A stretch of 54,225 nucleotides of DNA from Verrucomicrobiia bacterium (GCA_036501565.1 DASYAA010000053.1:1-54225), one strand, 5' to 3'. Shown: positions 9,304 through 19,463, counted from the first letter of the stretch. Numbers and translations are program-made. The notes: generated by a model not told the origin, from the sequence alone.

Positions 9304-10767
9304 TTAGATTGGCGGCTTTTCCTTGCGCCAGTTTGCGTTTTGTTCGTAAGCGTGCGCGATTTTCAAAAGCGTTTCCTCGCCGAACGGTTTGCCGAGCAAT
9401 TGCAAACCAACTGGCAGTTTCGGGTTTTTTGTGAAACCGCAAGGAACGCTGATACCGCAAATGCCCGCAAGGTTGCACGAAATGGTAAAGATGTCCGACA
9501 AATACATTTGCAATGGATCATCCGCTTTTTCGCCGATTTTGAAAGCCGCCGTTGGCGTCGTCGGCGTCACAATCGCGTCCACTTTTTCAAACGCGTTCAG
9601 AAAATCATTGCGAATTAAAGTGCGGACTTTTTGCGCGCGCAAATAATAAGCGTCGTAATATCCACTGCTCAAAACATAAGTGCCGAGAATAATTCTACGC
9701 TTCACTTCCGCACCGAATCCGGCGCCGCGCGTTTTGGAATACAATTCCGTCAAATCATTTCCGTCAACGCGCGCGCCGTAACGAATGCCGTCGAAACGCG
9801 CGAGATTTGCCGACGCTTCGGCGGTCGCGATGATGTAATATGTCGCGACGGCGTAATCCGTGTGCGGCAAGGAAATTTCCACAATCTCCGCGCCGAGTTC
9901 CGTGAATTTTTTCACGGCGGCGTCAACTGCGGATTTCACTTCTGCGTCCAAACCGCCAATCATGTATTCCTTCGGCAAACCAATTTTCAGTCCGCGAATT
10001 TTTCCATCGAGCGCGTTCGCGTAATTCGGAACCGGCTGTGGCACGCTCGTCGAATCTCGCGGATCAACGCCGCTCAAAACGCCGAGAAGCGTTGCCGCGT
10101 CGCGCACATCTTTTGTGAACGGCCCGATTTGGTCGAGCGAACTAGCGAACGCAACCAGTCCATAACGCGAAATTCTTCCGTAAGTCGGTTTCAAACCGAC
10201 AACTCCGCAAAGCGCGGCGGGTTGCCGGATTGAGCCGCCGGTGTCCGAGCCAATGGTCGCAATTGCCTCGTCCGCCGCGACGGCTGCCGCCGAACCACCG
10301 GACGATCCGCCGGGAATTCGCGAAATGTCCCACGGATTTCTTGTGACGCCGAACGCGGAATTTTCCGTCGAGCTGCCCATCGCAAATTCGTCCATGTTCA
10401 ACCGTCCAAAAACAATTGCGCCCGCCGATTTTAATTTTTCGATGACCGTTGCATCGTAAGGCGAAACAAAATTGCCGAGAATTTTTGAGCCGCAATTCAG
10501 CGGCTGGTTTTTGACGGCGAGAACGTCTTTGATTGCGATTGGAATTCCGAGAAGAGATTTTTCCGCGTGAATTTTGCCGGAAGAAATTTCTTTGTCCGCC
10601 GTGTCCGCTTGCGCGAGTGCGTCCTTGTCGTCGTGACTGATGAAGGCATGAATTTTCCCGTCCACGCGCGCGATTTGATCGAGACACGATTGCATGATTT
10701 CGCGCGCGGAAACTTCGCGCTTCGACAATTTTGTCGTCAGGTCGGAAATGGTAAGTTGATTTAACAT
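9304..10767 (-). CDS. gatA: Glu-tRNA(Gln)/Asp-tRNA(Asn) amidotransferase subunit A
   Basis: 487 aa. Amidase signature '[13 protein letters not shown]', plus '[11 protein letters not shown]'. Confidence 0.95.
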   Translation of the reverse strand: MLNQLTISDLTTKLSKREVSAREIMQSCLDQIARVDGKIHAFISHDDKDALAQADTADKEISSGKIHAEKSLLGIPIAIKDVLAVKNQPLNCGSKILGNFVSPYDATVIEKLKSAGAIVFGRLNMDEFAMGSSTENSAFGVTRNPWDISRIPGGSSGGSAAAVAADEAIATIGSDTGGSIRQPAALCGVVGLKPTYGRISRYGLVAFASSLDQIGPFTKDVRDAATLLGVLSGVDPRDSTSVPQPVPNYANALDGKIRGLKIGLPKEYMIGGLDAEVKSAVDAAVKKFTELGAEIVEISLPHTDYAVATYYIIATAEASANLARFDGIRYGARVDGNDLTELYSKTRGAGFGAEVKRRIILGTYVLSSGYYDAYYLRAQKVRTLIRNDFLNAFEKVDAIVTPTTPTAAFKIGEKADDPLQMYLSDIFTISCNLAGICGISVPCGFTKNPKLPVGLQLLGKPFGEETLLKIAHAYEQNANWRKEKPPI

Positions 10768-10791
10768 TTGAAACTGCGGATTACGCGGATT

Positions 10792-11079
10792 TTATTCCAC
10801 AATTTTCGGCACGATGAAAAGTCCATTGGCTTGTTTGGGCGCGTTGCGAAGCGCATCTTCGCGTGAAAGCGATGAATGGATTTCATCGGCGCGCGTGACG
10901 TTGAGCAGCGGAACAGCATGGGCGGTCGGCTCGACGTTGGTCACATCGAGTTCTTTTAACTTTTCGATGTAGCCAAGTATATTGCCGAGTTGCGCGGCGA
11001 GTTTTTTTTCCTCGTCGGGCGAAAGTGAAATGCGCGCCAAGTGCGCGACGTATTTGATGTCAAATTGAGCTTCTGCCAT
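10792..11079 (-). CDS. gatC: Glu-tRNA(Gln)/Asp-tRNA(Asn) amidotransferase subunit C
   Basis: 95 aa. 'VAHLARISLSPDEEKKLAAQLGNILGYIEKL' is typical of GatC. Immediately upstream of gatA. Confidence 0.9.
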   Translation of the reverse strand: MAEAQFDIKYVAHLARISLSPDEEKKLAAQLGNILGYIEKLKELDVTNVEPTAHAVPLLNVTRADEIHSSLSREDALRNAPKQANGLFIVPKIVE

Positions 11080-11117
11080 GCGCCCATTGAAGACAGAAAA
11101 TCGTCGGGCGGCAATTT

Positions 11118-11414
11118 TTATTCCTCATCAAACTTGCGTTTGACGAGGGCTTCGAGTTCGGCGATAGCCAGTTGCGCATCCGCGCCTTTGACGTGCAGCG
11201 TGAGTTTGCTGCCGGGACCGAGCGCGAGCATCATCAGTCCCATGATGCTTTTGCCGTTGATTTTTTCCCCGTCTTTTTCCACAAAAATATCGCACGCAAA
11301 ACGGTTGGCGGTCTTCACAAACATGGCTGCGGGCCGCGCATGGATGCCCAGCTTGTTCACCACGGTGAGTTCCTTGGTGAAGAATTCGCCGTCCGCTAAT
11401 TTTTTTGCGCTCAT
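11118..11414 (-). CDS. ptsH: Phosphocarrier protein HPr
   Basis: 'GIHARPA' (His-15 site) and 'NGKSIMGLMMLA' (Ser-46 site). The track start 11426 is GTG; ATG at 11414 is preferred. Confidence 0.88.
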   Translation of the reverse strand: MSAKKLADGEFFTKELTVVNKLGIHARPAAMFVKTANRFACDIFVEKDGEKINGKSIMGLMMLALGPGSKLTLHVKGADAQLAIAELEALVKRKFDEE

Positions 11415-11468
11415 CAATTTGCTCACATCAAGCTAAATCATGCGTAGAAAATGTGCCATTGAATTATT

Positions 11469-12422
11469 TCACCCGGGCGGCTGGTTGCCCGTGCTCATGT
11501 GGGCGATGAGACGCTCATTCAATTCGTGCGCGGCATTGAAGCCGGACATTTTCAATTTAGTCTGATACGCGGCGACTTCGACGAGCCGCGCCAGGTCGCG
11601 TCCCGGTCGCACGGGAATTGTGATGTGCGGGATGTCCATGCCGAGGACTTTGACAAATTCCTGTTCCATGCCCAGCCGGTCCACGTCGGACACTTCGTTC
11701 CATGCCTTGAGCGTGATGACAAGGTCTAGTGTTTTGTCGCGCCGGATACTTTTGACGCCGAACATGGCGGCGACGTTGATGATGCCGATGCCGCGAATTT
11801 CCATGTGATTGCGCGTCAATTCCGCGCTCGTGCCGAGCACTTCGTGACCGCCAATAAGCGTCACCTTCGTCACATCGTCGGAAACGAGACTGTAACCGCG
11901 CTCTATCAATGCGAGGACAGCCTCGCTTTTGCCGATGCCGCTTTCGCCGCGAATGATCACGCCCACGCCGAGAATATCCACCATGCTGCCGATTTCCGTG
12001 TTACGCGGAGCAAACATCATTTCTAGTTCCAGCGTCGCCTTGTTGATGAACTTCATCGTCACGAGCGGACTTTGAAACACAGGCACACCGGCGTTTTCCG
12101 CCGCTTGCAAAAATTCCTTGTCCGGTTTCAAACTGCGGCTGAAAACGATGCATGGAATCTTATAGGCAAACAAAGCGGCGTAACGCGCCGTGCGCTCTGC
12201 CGTCGTAAGCGACCGCAGATAATAAACCTCCGCATGACCGAAGGTCTGCACACGTTTGAAGGCAAAGTAACGCGTGAATCCGCTCAACACGAGGCCAGGA
12301 CGGTTGACCGTCGGCTCGCGAATGATGCGATTCAAACCCCCGCCATCGGCGATGAGTCGCATTTGCAGCGCCGCGCCATGCTTCTTGAAAAATTGTTCAA
12401 CCGTGACAGATGGATGTGCCAT
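11469..12422 (-). CDS. hprK: HPr kinase/phosphorylase
   Basis: 317 aa. Walker A 'GESGIGKSE' and signature 'MEIRGIGIINV'. Confidence 0.93.
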   Translation of the reverse strand: MAHPSVTVEQFFKKHGAALQMRLIADGGGLNRIIREPTVNRPGLVLSGFTRYFAFKRVQTFGHAEVYYLRSLTTAERTARYAALFAYKIPCIVFSRSLKPDKEFLQAAENAGVPVFQSPLVTMKFINKATLELEMMFAPRNTEIGSMVDILGVGVIIRGESGIGKSEAVLALIERGYSLVSDDVTKVTLIGGHEVLGTSAELTRNHMEIRGIGIINVAAMFGVKSIRRDKTLDLVITLKAWNEVSDVDRLGMEQEFVKVLGMDIPHITIPVRPGRDLARLVEVAAYQTKLKMSGFNAAHELNERLIAHMSTGNQPPG

Positions 12423-12505
12423 TTTTAATTATTATTTTTGAATCATTAAATTGTGAATCGAACAAATGCAATTTTATTTCACGATTTAACAATTCATGGT
12501 TCACA

Positions 12506-13255
12506 TTACATATTAAACTCTGGTCCCAGATAAATTTCCCGCGCCTTCGGATCGTTCGCCAGAAACTCCGCCGAACCTTCCACCAACACCTGACCTTTGT
12601 GAATGATGTAGCCGCGGTCAATCAATTTCAAGGTCTCGCGCACGTTATGGTCGGTGATTAGAATGCCCAAGCCGCGCTCCTTCAAACGACGCACAATCTT
12701 CTGCACTTCGTAAACTGCAATGGGATCAATGCCGCTGAACGGCTCGTCGAGCAGCATCAATTTTGGACTCGTCACCAGCGCGCGCGTGATTTCCAATCGC
12801 CGACCTTCTCCGCCGCTCACTTGATACGCCTTGCTCTTGCGAATCGGCGTCAAATCCAGCTCATCGAGCAAATATTTCAGCCGCACATTCCGCTCGTCGC
12901 TGGAAATTTTGCAGGTTTCCAAAATCGCCAGAATATTTTCCTCGACGGTGAGCTTCCGAAAAACCGACGGCGCCTGTGTCAGATAACCGATGCCAAGCCG
13001 CGCGCGTTTGTGCATCGGCAACGCCGTGATTTTATTGCCCTGAAATTCCACAAAACCTTCGTCCGGTTTGACGATGCCGACGACCATGTTGAACGTCGTC
13101 GTTTTTCCAGCGCCGTTCGGGCCGAGCAATCCGACGATTTCTCCCGCCCTGACGCTCACCGAAACACCGTTGACCACACGCCGCCCGCGATATTCTTTCA
13201 CCAGTTTTTCCGTGGCGAGCAGCAGACCGTTCGATGATGAAGCGGTTGTTTCCAT
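12506..13255 (-). CDS. lptB: LPS export ABC transporter ATP-binding protein
   Basis: 249 aa. 'GPNGAGKTT', 'SGGEGRRLEI', 'LLDEPFSGIDP'. Sits downstream of lptC/lptA-like genes. Confidence 0.9.
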   Translation of the reverse strand: METTASSSNGLLLATEKLVKEYRGRRVVNGVSVSVRAGEIVGLLGPNGAGKTTTFNMVVGIVKPDEGFVEFQGNKITALPMHKRARLGIGYLTQAPSVFRKLTVEENILAILETCKISSDERNVRLKYLLDELDLTPIRKSKAYQVSGGEGRRLEITRALVTSPKLMLLDEPFSGIDPIAVYEVQKIVRRLKERGLGILITDHNVRETLKLIDRGYIIHKGQVLVEGSAEFLANDPKAREIYLGPEFNM

Positions 13256-13264
13256 TTCAGAAAA

Positions 13265-13825
13265 TCATTTTGGCGCGGATAATTTGTTTGTGCTTGTCGT
13301 CGTTGAATTGGTCTTGGTTGTCGCGCTGTCCAGATTTTGTCGGAAAATTGTATGTTCATTTGTCGCGGTCAGGCTGCCGTTCACACGATTCCAGATAATC
13401 GGTTCGCCAGTAAGTATGGCTTGCGCATTTTCAGTCTTTGCATTGCCCGTCAGCGTCACCGTTTCATTCGTCACCGCACCCTGCACATTATAGTTATAAA
13501 CCGCCTTATCACTGGTCGCGTGATTCGTCTGTCCCTTGTCGTCTGTGAAATCAATCACCACATTCGTCTCGGCGACGATGTGACTTATGTGGCCGCCGTC
13601 CTGCGGCAAATTAGCAAGAAGCCACGCGCAGGTCAGTTTCATTTGCGGATCATCCACGCGCACATGGCCGATATAAGTCGCCGTGCGCGCGTTGGTGTTC
13701 ATGTCAAAATCCACGCTGTCCGAATCAATCTGCGTCAAGTGCGGCTCGGCAGGCGCGTTCGTCTGCGCTCGCAATGCCCAGACATTGGCCAGCGCAAAAA
13801 ATACAATGAAGCAAAAAAATTTCAC
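13265..13825 (-). CDS. lptA: LptA/OstA-like periplasmic LPS transport protein
   Basis: 186 aa. Signal peptide 'FALANVWALRAQ', beta-rich OstA-N-like body, and position between lptC-like and lptB. GTG start overlaps the upstream stop. Confidence 0.65.
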   Translation of the reverse strand: MKFFCFIVFFALANVWALRAQTNAPAEPHLTQIDSDSVDFDMNTNARTATYIGHVRVDDPQMKLTCAWLLANLPQDGGHISHIVAETNVVIDFTDDKGQTNHATSDKAVYNYNVQGAVTNETVTLTGNAKTENAQAILTGEPIIWNRVNGSLTATNEHTIFRQNLDSATTKTNSTTTSTNKLSAPK

Positions 13826-14283
13826 GGTTCAATTTTGTTTTCCGGCGCGTTTTCAATCACACTATGCACGTTGTTCGAGATGGTGAGGAACGAATTGGTT
13901 TGCCGCCACAAAAAACCTTCGCCCTCGACGTGGAATTTTCCGTCGCCCGTCCAAACCTGCAACGGACCGGGCGAACTCGCCATAGCCTTCGACGTGTCAT
14001 AAGTGCAACTGGGCGCTTCCACGACCATTTCTGGTTTTCCATCCACAGTGAATGTTTCGAGTTTGAGTTGTTTGATCACGAGCAACCCGTTCGCCAGCGG
14101 CTGCGCTTCCAAACCAGATAGGCGCGATTTCATCTGCGTCGCATGCGGCGGCTCAAAGTATTCGACCGAGGTGAAATCGCTCGCGTGCTGGACGCCATTT
14201 TGTTGCGCGCGCTCATTTGGAACAGCGGTGAAAAATAAAACCGCGCCTGCGATCAAAATCTTTTGCGCGCCTTTGATTTTCAT
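13822..14283 (-). CDS. lptC: LptC-like membrane-anchored LPS export protein
   Basis: N-terminal TM 'ILIAGAVLFFTAV'. Called by position between kdsC and lptA. ATG at 14283 forms an ATGA overlap with the kdsC stop; the track start 14313 lies inside kdsC. Confidence 0.6.
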   Translation of the reverse strand: MKIKGAQKILIAGAVLFFTAVPNERAQQNGVQHASDFTSVEYFEPPHATQMKSRLSGLEAQPLANGLLVIKQLKLETFTVDGKPEMVVEAPSCTYDTSKAMASSPGPLQVWTGDGKFHVEGEGFLWRQTNSFLTISNNVHSVIENAPENKIEP

Positions 14284-14822
14284 TCCGAGTAATGCGCCAC
14301 GAACGCATTCCATTTTCCCTGCGCCCGCAAAATCATCTCAACCACCTCGCGAACTGCGCCGCGCCCGCCCGCCGCACGTGTCACAAAATGCGCCGCCGCC
14401 TTCGCTTCGACCACGCCGTCCGCAACGGCAACCGAAACTCCCGCGCGCTTCAACGGCCCCAAATCCACAACATCATCTCCGACAAAACAAACATCGTTCC
14501 AACTCAATTTTTCTTGCGCCAAAAGTTTTTCAATCGCGCCAGCCTTGCCGAGCCGGTCGCTTTGCTGGACCAAAAAATCAATTTTCAATTTCTGCGCGCG
14601 CAATTCCGTCGCCGCAGATGGCCGCGCCGAAACCCATCCGATTTTCAAACCTGCGCGTCGCGCCAAAACAAGACCGAGACCGTCGCGGATGTTGAAACGC
14701 TTGAATTCTTTTTCGCCACCGATGAAAATCGAGCCGTCGGTCAAAACGCCGTCCACGTCGCAAAGGAAAAGTTTTACGCGCGCCAATTTTTTTTTCAGCG
14801 AAGATGAAATTGGTTTTGGCAT
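14280..14822 (-). CDS. kdsC: 3-deoxy-D-manno-octulosonate 8-phosphate phosphatase (HAD)
   Basis: 'LFLCDVDGVLTDG' HAD motif I and 'VCFVGDDVVDL' motif. ATG at 14822 is preferred over the TTG at 14834. Confidence 0.88.
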   Translation of the reverse strand: MPKPISSSLKKKLARVKLFLCDVDGVLTDGSIFIGGEKEFKRFNIRDGLGLVLARRAGLKIGWVSARPSAATELRAQKLKIDFLVQQSDRLGKAGAIEKLLAQEKLSWNDVCFVGDDVVDLGPLKRAGVSVAVADGVVEAKAAAHFVTRAAGGRGAVREVVEMILRAQGKWNAFVAHYSE

Positions 14823-14823
14823 T

Positions 14824-15639
14824 TCAGCGAACAACGTTGAAAACTTTCAACAGGTTTTTCAGCAACGCGTCCATTTCCACCAGCGGAATCATGTTCGGAC
14901 CGTCGCTCAACGCTTTGTCCGGCTGCGGATGCGTTTCCAGAAAAATTCCGTTCGCGCCCGCCGCCAAAGCGCAACGCGCGAGAACTGGCGCAAATTCCCG
15001 CTGGCCGGAAGATTTGTCGCCGCCACCGCCGGGCAGTTGCACAGAATGCGTCGCGTCGAAAACAATTGGGAAGCCAAACGATTTCATAATCGGAATCGAG
15101 CGCATGTCGGCGACGAGATTGTTGTAGCCGAACGTCGTGCCGCGTTCGGTGAGCAGGATTTTTTTTCCGTCGGCACGTTTTGCTTTTTCGGCGACATGAC
15201 CCATTTCCTGCGGCGAAAGGAACTGACCCTTTTTCAGATTCACAATTTTGCCGGTCGCAACGGCGGCTTCAATCAAATCCGTCTGGCGACAAAGGAACGC
15301 GGGAATTTGCAAAATGTCCACGGCTTCGGCGGCAGCGGCAACTTGAACTTCGTTGTGAACATCCGTCAAAACCGGCAAATCAAATTCCGCGCGGACTTTG
15401 GCCAGAATGCGCAGGCCGTTTTCCAAACCGACTCCGCGAAACGATTTTGCCGAAGTGCGATTGGCCTTGTCGAAGCTGGCTTTGAAGACGTAAAAAATGC
15501 CAAGTGACGCGCAGGTTTTTTTCAGCGACGCGGCGACTTGCAGGCATAGTTTTTCATTTTCAATCACGCACGGCCCGCCGATCAAAAACAATTGGCGCGG
15601 CGAATTGAGATTTTTCCAGATGGCGGCGTCGTTGAGCAC
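14824..15639 (-). CDS. kdsA: 2-dehydro-3-deoxyphosphooctonate aldolase (KDO-8-P synthase)
   Basis: 271 aa. '[12 protein letters not shown]' and '[11 protein letters not shown]'. GTG start. Confidence 0.92.
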   Translation of the reverse strand: MLNDAAIWKNLNSPRQLFLIGGPCVIENEKLCLQVAASLKKTCASLGIFYVFKASFDKANRTSAKSFRGVGLENGLRILAKVRAEFDLPVLTDVHNEVQVAAAAEAVDILQIPAFLCRQTDLIEAAVATGKIVNLKKGQFLSPQEMGHVAEKAKRADGKKILLTERGTTFGYNNLVADMRSIPIMKSFGFPIVFDATHSVQLPGGGGDKSSGQREFAPVLARCALAAGANGIFLETHPQPDKALSDGPNMIPLVEMDALLKNLLKVFNVVR

Positions 15640-15701
15640 GCGGAATTTTTAGCAGTGACGAAGGGGAAAGTAAATGGCGGCATTTGGCCGAGAATGTCCT
15701 G

Positions 15702-15980
15702 TCAAACTTTTGATGGAGTTGCGTTCGAGGCTTTGACCATTTCGTCGAGGAGTTTTTTGAAATCTTCCAGGCCGGTTGCGGGAACAATGATGGAGTCGCG
15801 CCGTCCGCCAACGTCCTCGGTTACGCGCAGAAATCGTCCGCGCGGATTTTCCTTGAGCGTGAAGACAAAAGTTTTGCGCTCGATCTGAATCGTCTCGCTT
15901 TTCAGCGTGTCTTCGTTGACCGGCGGTTTGGGCTGACCGTAAGGCCGCCCGTAAGGTGATGGTCTCTCGTTTGAGATCAT
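15702..15980 (-). CDS. PUR-alpha-like (DUF3276-type) nucleic-acid-binding protein
   Basis: 'IQIERKTFVFTLKENPRGRFLRVTEDVGGRRDSIIVPATGLEDFKKLL' matches the PUR repeat pattern. ATG at 15980 is preferred over the TTG at 16001. Confidence 0.65.
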   Translation of the reverse strand: MISNERPSPYGRPYGQPKPPVNEDTLKSETIQIERKTFVFTLKENPRGRFLRVTEDVGGRRDSIIVPATGLEDFKKLLDEMVKASNATPSKV

Positions 15981-16116
15981 AAATTTCCACTGGATGCCCA
16001 ATCCAGCCTTGTAAGAAATTTCGACAACGGCGGCATTTTGTCAACTGCCAAAATTTTCTTCCGGCGCAGATGGCTCAAAGATAAGGAGATTTGAAAAAGT
16101 TTTTTGTTCCAACAAT

Positions 16117-17427
16117 TCACAAAATATTCGCCGCGAGTTCCGCCAGTTCCGAGCGTTCGCCTTTTTGCAGTTCAATGTGCGCGGCGATGGCCTGGTCGCG
16201 GAATCGGCTGACGATGTAGTTGAATCCGTTCGACGACGAGTCCACATACGGATTGTCAATCTGATACGGGTCGCCGGTGAAAATGATTTTCGTGCCGTTG
16301 CCGACGCGCGTGATGATGGTCTTGGCTTCGAGCGGCGTCAGGTTTTGCGCCTCGTCAATAATCATAAATTGATTGGCGATGCTGCGCCCGCGAATGTAGC
16401 TCAACGCCTCGACGACGATTGCACCGCTGCGCATCAAATCGCCGCTGCGACGATGGTCGTGGCCCATGTTCAAATCGCTCAACATTTCGAGCGCGTCGTG
16501 GATCGGCTGCATCCACGGCGCGAGTTTTTCTTCGAGCGAGCCGGGCAAAAATCCAAGTTCCTTGCCCATTGAAATCGTCGGGCGCGCGACGACGAGCCGG
16601 CGAAATTCGCGGTCGTTCACGACGCGCTTCAATCCGGCGGCCATCGCGAGCAAAGTTTTTCCCGTTCCGGCTTTGCCCATGAGCGTGACCAGTTTGATCC
16701 GGTCGTCGAGCAGCGCGTCGAAGGCGAAATGCTGTTCGCGGTTGCGCGGCTTGATTCCCCAAACGCCTTCGCGCACGTCGAGAATCGGAACCAGTTTTTC
16801 GCCGCTCGCGTCCACTTTTGTGAGCGCGGCTTTTTTCGGATTCGTTTCGTCGGTGAGCGCGCAATATTCGTTCGGGAAAAACTTTCTTCCTTTTTCCAGA
16901 TTAAATTCGCCTTTCGCGCGGAACGCCGCGATTTTTTCCGGCGCAACGGTCATTTCCATCATGCCGGTGTAAAGATCGGTGATGAACACGCGGTCGTTCT
17001 CGTAATCTTCAGCCTGCAAACCGAGCGCATCGGCTTTGATTCGCAGATTGATGTCTTTGGAAACGAGGATGGTCGGGTTTTTCGGCTGTGCTTTTTGGAT
17101 TCCCGCCGCGAGCGAAAGAATCCGGTTGTCCACGGAATGGGAATTCAATCCGCTCTCGCCGTTCGTGCCGCCGTTTTTGTAAAAGACAATTTTAAGTTTC
17201 CCGCCGGTCGGCAGTTTCACGCCTTCGCTCAAATGGCCTTCGCCGCGAAAACCGTCGAGCATCCGCGAAACGGCGCGCGCGTTCTGGCCAAGCTCGGTGG
17301 ATTCGCGTTTGAAGCGGTCAATCTCCTCAATGACTTCGATGGGGATCAAAACGCTGTTTTCGTGGAAGCTCAAAAGCGAATTCGGGTCGTGCAAAAGGAC
17401 GTTGGTGTCGAGAATGTAATTTTTCAC
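16117..17427 (-). CDS. PIN-domain/PhoH-like ATPase (PhoH2 type)
   Basis: 436 aa. N-terminal PIN 'YILDTNVLLHD', Walker A 'GKAGTGKTLLA', and 'IIDEAQN'. GTG start overlaps the upstream stop. Confidence 0.9.
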   Translation of the reverse strand: MKNYILDTNVLLHDPNSLLSFHENSVLIPIEVIEEIDRFKRESTELGQNARAVSRMLDGFRGEGHLSEGVKLPTGGKLKIVFYKNGGTNGESGLNSHSVDNRILSLAAGIQKAQPKNPTILVSKDINLRIKADALGLQAEDYENDRVFITDLYTGMMEMTVAPEKIAAFRAKGEFNLEKGRKFFPNEYCALTDETNPKKAALTKVDASGEKLVPILDVREGVWGIKPRNREQHFAFDALLDDRIKLVTLMGKAGTGKTLLAMAAGLKRVVNDREFRRLVVARPTISMGKELGFLPGSLEEKLAPWMQPIHDALEMLSDLNMGHDHRRSGDLMRSGAIVVEALSYIRGRSIANQFMIIDEAQNLTPLEAKTIITRVGNGTKIIFTGDPYQIDNPYVDSSSNGFNYIVSRFRDQAIAAHIELQKGERSELAELAANIL

Positions 17428-18116
17428 TTGGAAATTTTGTCGAATTTAATGGTCGTCATGCGACGGTGCCATTTTTGGATTTGTTTGTGACGATTGGGCA
17501 AATGGTAATGGCCGGAATAAAGAAAATTTTCGAGCATTCCGAACAAATCAAAATCTGTAAAATGCGGTTTGTCATCGAGCAGGTAATCCTGATGCGTCAA
17601 AATAATTTCAAAAGGAATCAACCGCTCTTCGAGTTTTTTGAGCCAGATTTTTTGATCCTTGCGCCATTGCTCGATGCAACCGCGACCGAATTTTCTTTCC
17701 TTGAACCGCAGGAATTGCAACTGCTCCGCAGCCGGAACATTTTCCTTCCAATAAATGTCGTTTAGACGGAACGTCGCGCCTTCCACTTCATTTTCGATGA
17801 ACTTCCACAAGACAGATTGCACTCCGCGCCAGCGGAACGGAAACAATCCCAGATCCAATTCCTCGTCGAGATATTTGGCGATGACCTGCGAATCGTCGGC
17901 GATTTCAAAAATCACATTTTTGCCGTCGCGGATGATCGGCACGCCGTAATAACGCTGTTTTGTGAGTTTCCAGACCAATGAGCGGTCCTGATTCGGGATG
18001 TTTGTGATTTTGAAGGGCGCGCCGGAAAATTCCAAAATGCGCCGCTGCACGATGCAGAACGGACTCCACGGAAACTGAATCAATTCAATCATTTCAAAAA
18101 ATTCGCTCGCTGACAT
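17424..18116 (-). CDS. Glutathione S-transferase/glutaredoxin-2-like protein
   Basis: Thioredoxin-fold N-terminus 'FPWSPFCIVQRRIL...YYGVPIIRDG' followed by a helical C-terminal domain. ATG at 18116; the 75-codon upstream extension in the track looks non-coding. Confidence 0.55.
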   Translation of the reverse strand: MSASEFFEMIELIQFPWSPFCIVQRRILEFSGAPFKITNIPNQDRSLVWKLTKQRYYGVPIIRDGKNVIFEIADDSQVIAKYLDEELDLGLFPFRWRGVQSVLWKFIENEVEGATFRLNDIYWKENVPAAEQLQFLRFKERKFGRGCIEQWRKDQKIWLKKLEERLIPFEIILTHQDYLLDDKPHFTDFDLFGMLENFLYSGHYHLPNRHKQIQKWHRRMTTIKFDKISK

Positions 18117-18197
18117 TTGAAATCTAGGCCGCGAATCAAATTGTGACAAGTGCAAACACCGCTTTACACAAAATTGTAACAGAGTTAGATTCGCCTC

Positions 18198-18881
18198 ATG
18201 GCTGAATACGACGCGACCGAATTTATAGACACCGATTTTCAAGCGCACAAGTCGCCCTTCGCGACGCCGACTTCCGCGAGCGACGCGCTCCGCGCGCCCA
18301 CGCGCGACGAGGTTGACCGCAAAGTCGTTGAGGCGCAGCAAAAACTCGCCGAACTAAAACGCGCGCAAGAAAATCTGGAACACGAGCGCGCCTCGCTCGA
18401 AGAATTGCGCCGCCGCCAATTGGAATTTCAAAACGGCCGTCAGGAAATGGTTCATAATTTGACGCGTGGACTCGGCCTGCTCGAAGAAGCCGAGTTTAAT
18501 TCCCGCCGCGACGCCGAGCAAATGGTCAAGACCATCACTGATTTCCGCGACGCGCTGGATAAAATCCAGGCCGTCCACGACGAAATGTGGACTAAGGAAA
18601 ATTTTCAGATGGAACTGACGCGCGCGATGACGACTGTCGAAAACGCCCGCATGGAATGGAATTCCGCGCGTTTGAAACTGCCCGCGCTTGAAGGCGAATC
18701 CGCGCAAAAAAAATCCGAAACTGAATCCGCGCCCGCGCCGATTGTTTCTCCGTTCGCCAATTTAAGTTTCGGCCAGCTTTGCAAAATCGGTTTTGCGATG
18801 ACGTGGCCGTTGCTGATTGTCGCGCTCGTTGCGCTCGGCGTGTTTGTCGCGATTTTGATGATGACGCCCGTGCGCCATTAA
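18198..18881 (+). CDS. Hypothetical coiled-coil protein with C-terminal membrane anchor
   Basis: 227 aa with an ATG start. Heptad-rich central region and C-terminal TM 'WPLLIVALVALGVFVAILMM'. No family recognised. Confidence 0.6.
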   Translation: MAEYDATEFIDTDFQAHKSPFATPTSASDALRAPTRDEVDRKVVEAQQKLAELKRAQENLEHERASLEELRRRQLEFQNGRQEMVHNLTRGLGLLEEAEFNSRRDAEQMVKTITDFRDALDKIQAVHDEMWTKENFQMELTRAMTTVENARMEWNSARLKLPALEGESAQKKSETESAPAPIVSPFANLSFGQLCKIGFAMTWPLLIVALVALGVFVAILMMTPVRH

Positions 18882-18891
18882 AATTTGTCGT

Positions 18892-19425
18892 ATGGCGTCC
18901 GCAAAAAAAAAAACGAAGAAAGCCAAAGGCCTTGACCCGATTTCCGACCGCGCCCGCACGCTCAACGACCAAATCGCCTCGCTCGAAACCGAAATCAAAA
19001 AACTCGACACGCAACTTTCGCGAACAACTACGCCCAAATTCCGTTCCACCGCCATTCCGCACGGCGAAACCGTTTCGCGAAAATCCGAGCCGCCGCCCGC
19101 GCCAAAACCGATTTCACACGAGCCGGTTTTCGAGGAAGTGAACGCAAAATCATTTCAACCCGAAGCCGATCCGCGCGACCGCTACAACGAACTCGGCGTC
19201 CGCAAATATGATCTGCCCGCGCTGTGGCATCGCCTGTGCAACCATTTCCGCCGCCCGACGACGAACAATCCGCGTCTCGTGAATTATCTCGCTGCCGGCG
19301 GCGTCCACGGCCTGCGCCCGATGCGCTACGAGAAGCGCGTCGCGCGCAACCGCTTCATCCTGCTCGTCGTCGTCCTGTTTTTGATTTTGCTCGGCGTGAT
19401 TTCCGTTTTTGTGCGGAATCATTGA
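18892..19425 (+). CDS. Hypothetical tail-anchored membrane protein
   Basis: 177 aa with ATG 10 nt after the previous stop. Basic N-terminus and C-terminal TM 'FILLVVVLFLILLGVISVF'. Confidence 0.55.
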   Translation: MASAKKKTKKAKGLDPISDRARTLNDQIASLETEIKKLDTQLSRTTTPKFRSTAIPHGETVSRKSEPPPAPKPISHEPVFEEVNAKSFQPEADPRDRYNELGVRKYDLPALWHRLCNHFRRPTTNNPRLVNYLAAGGVHGLRPMRYEKRVARNRFILLVVVLFLILLGVISVFVRNH

Positions 19426-19463
19426 ATCTCGTGAACCGTTGAAATGTTAAATCGTTGAATCGT

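Noticed and set aside
12423-12505. Possible small gene or ncRNA in the AT-rich lptB-hprK gap (where rpoN would be expected)
   Set aside because: It is too short for rpoN or any ORF, and I could not support any convincing conserved RNA structure or extended palindrome. It is treated as an internal promoter/spacer region only.
18117-18341. 75-codon extension of the GST-like ORF
   Set aside because: It would run across the start of the divergent gene at 18198. The sequence is Arg-rich and non-protein-like. ATG at 18116 begins the thioredoxin-fold region.
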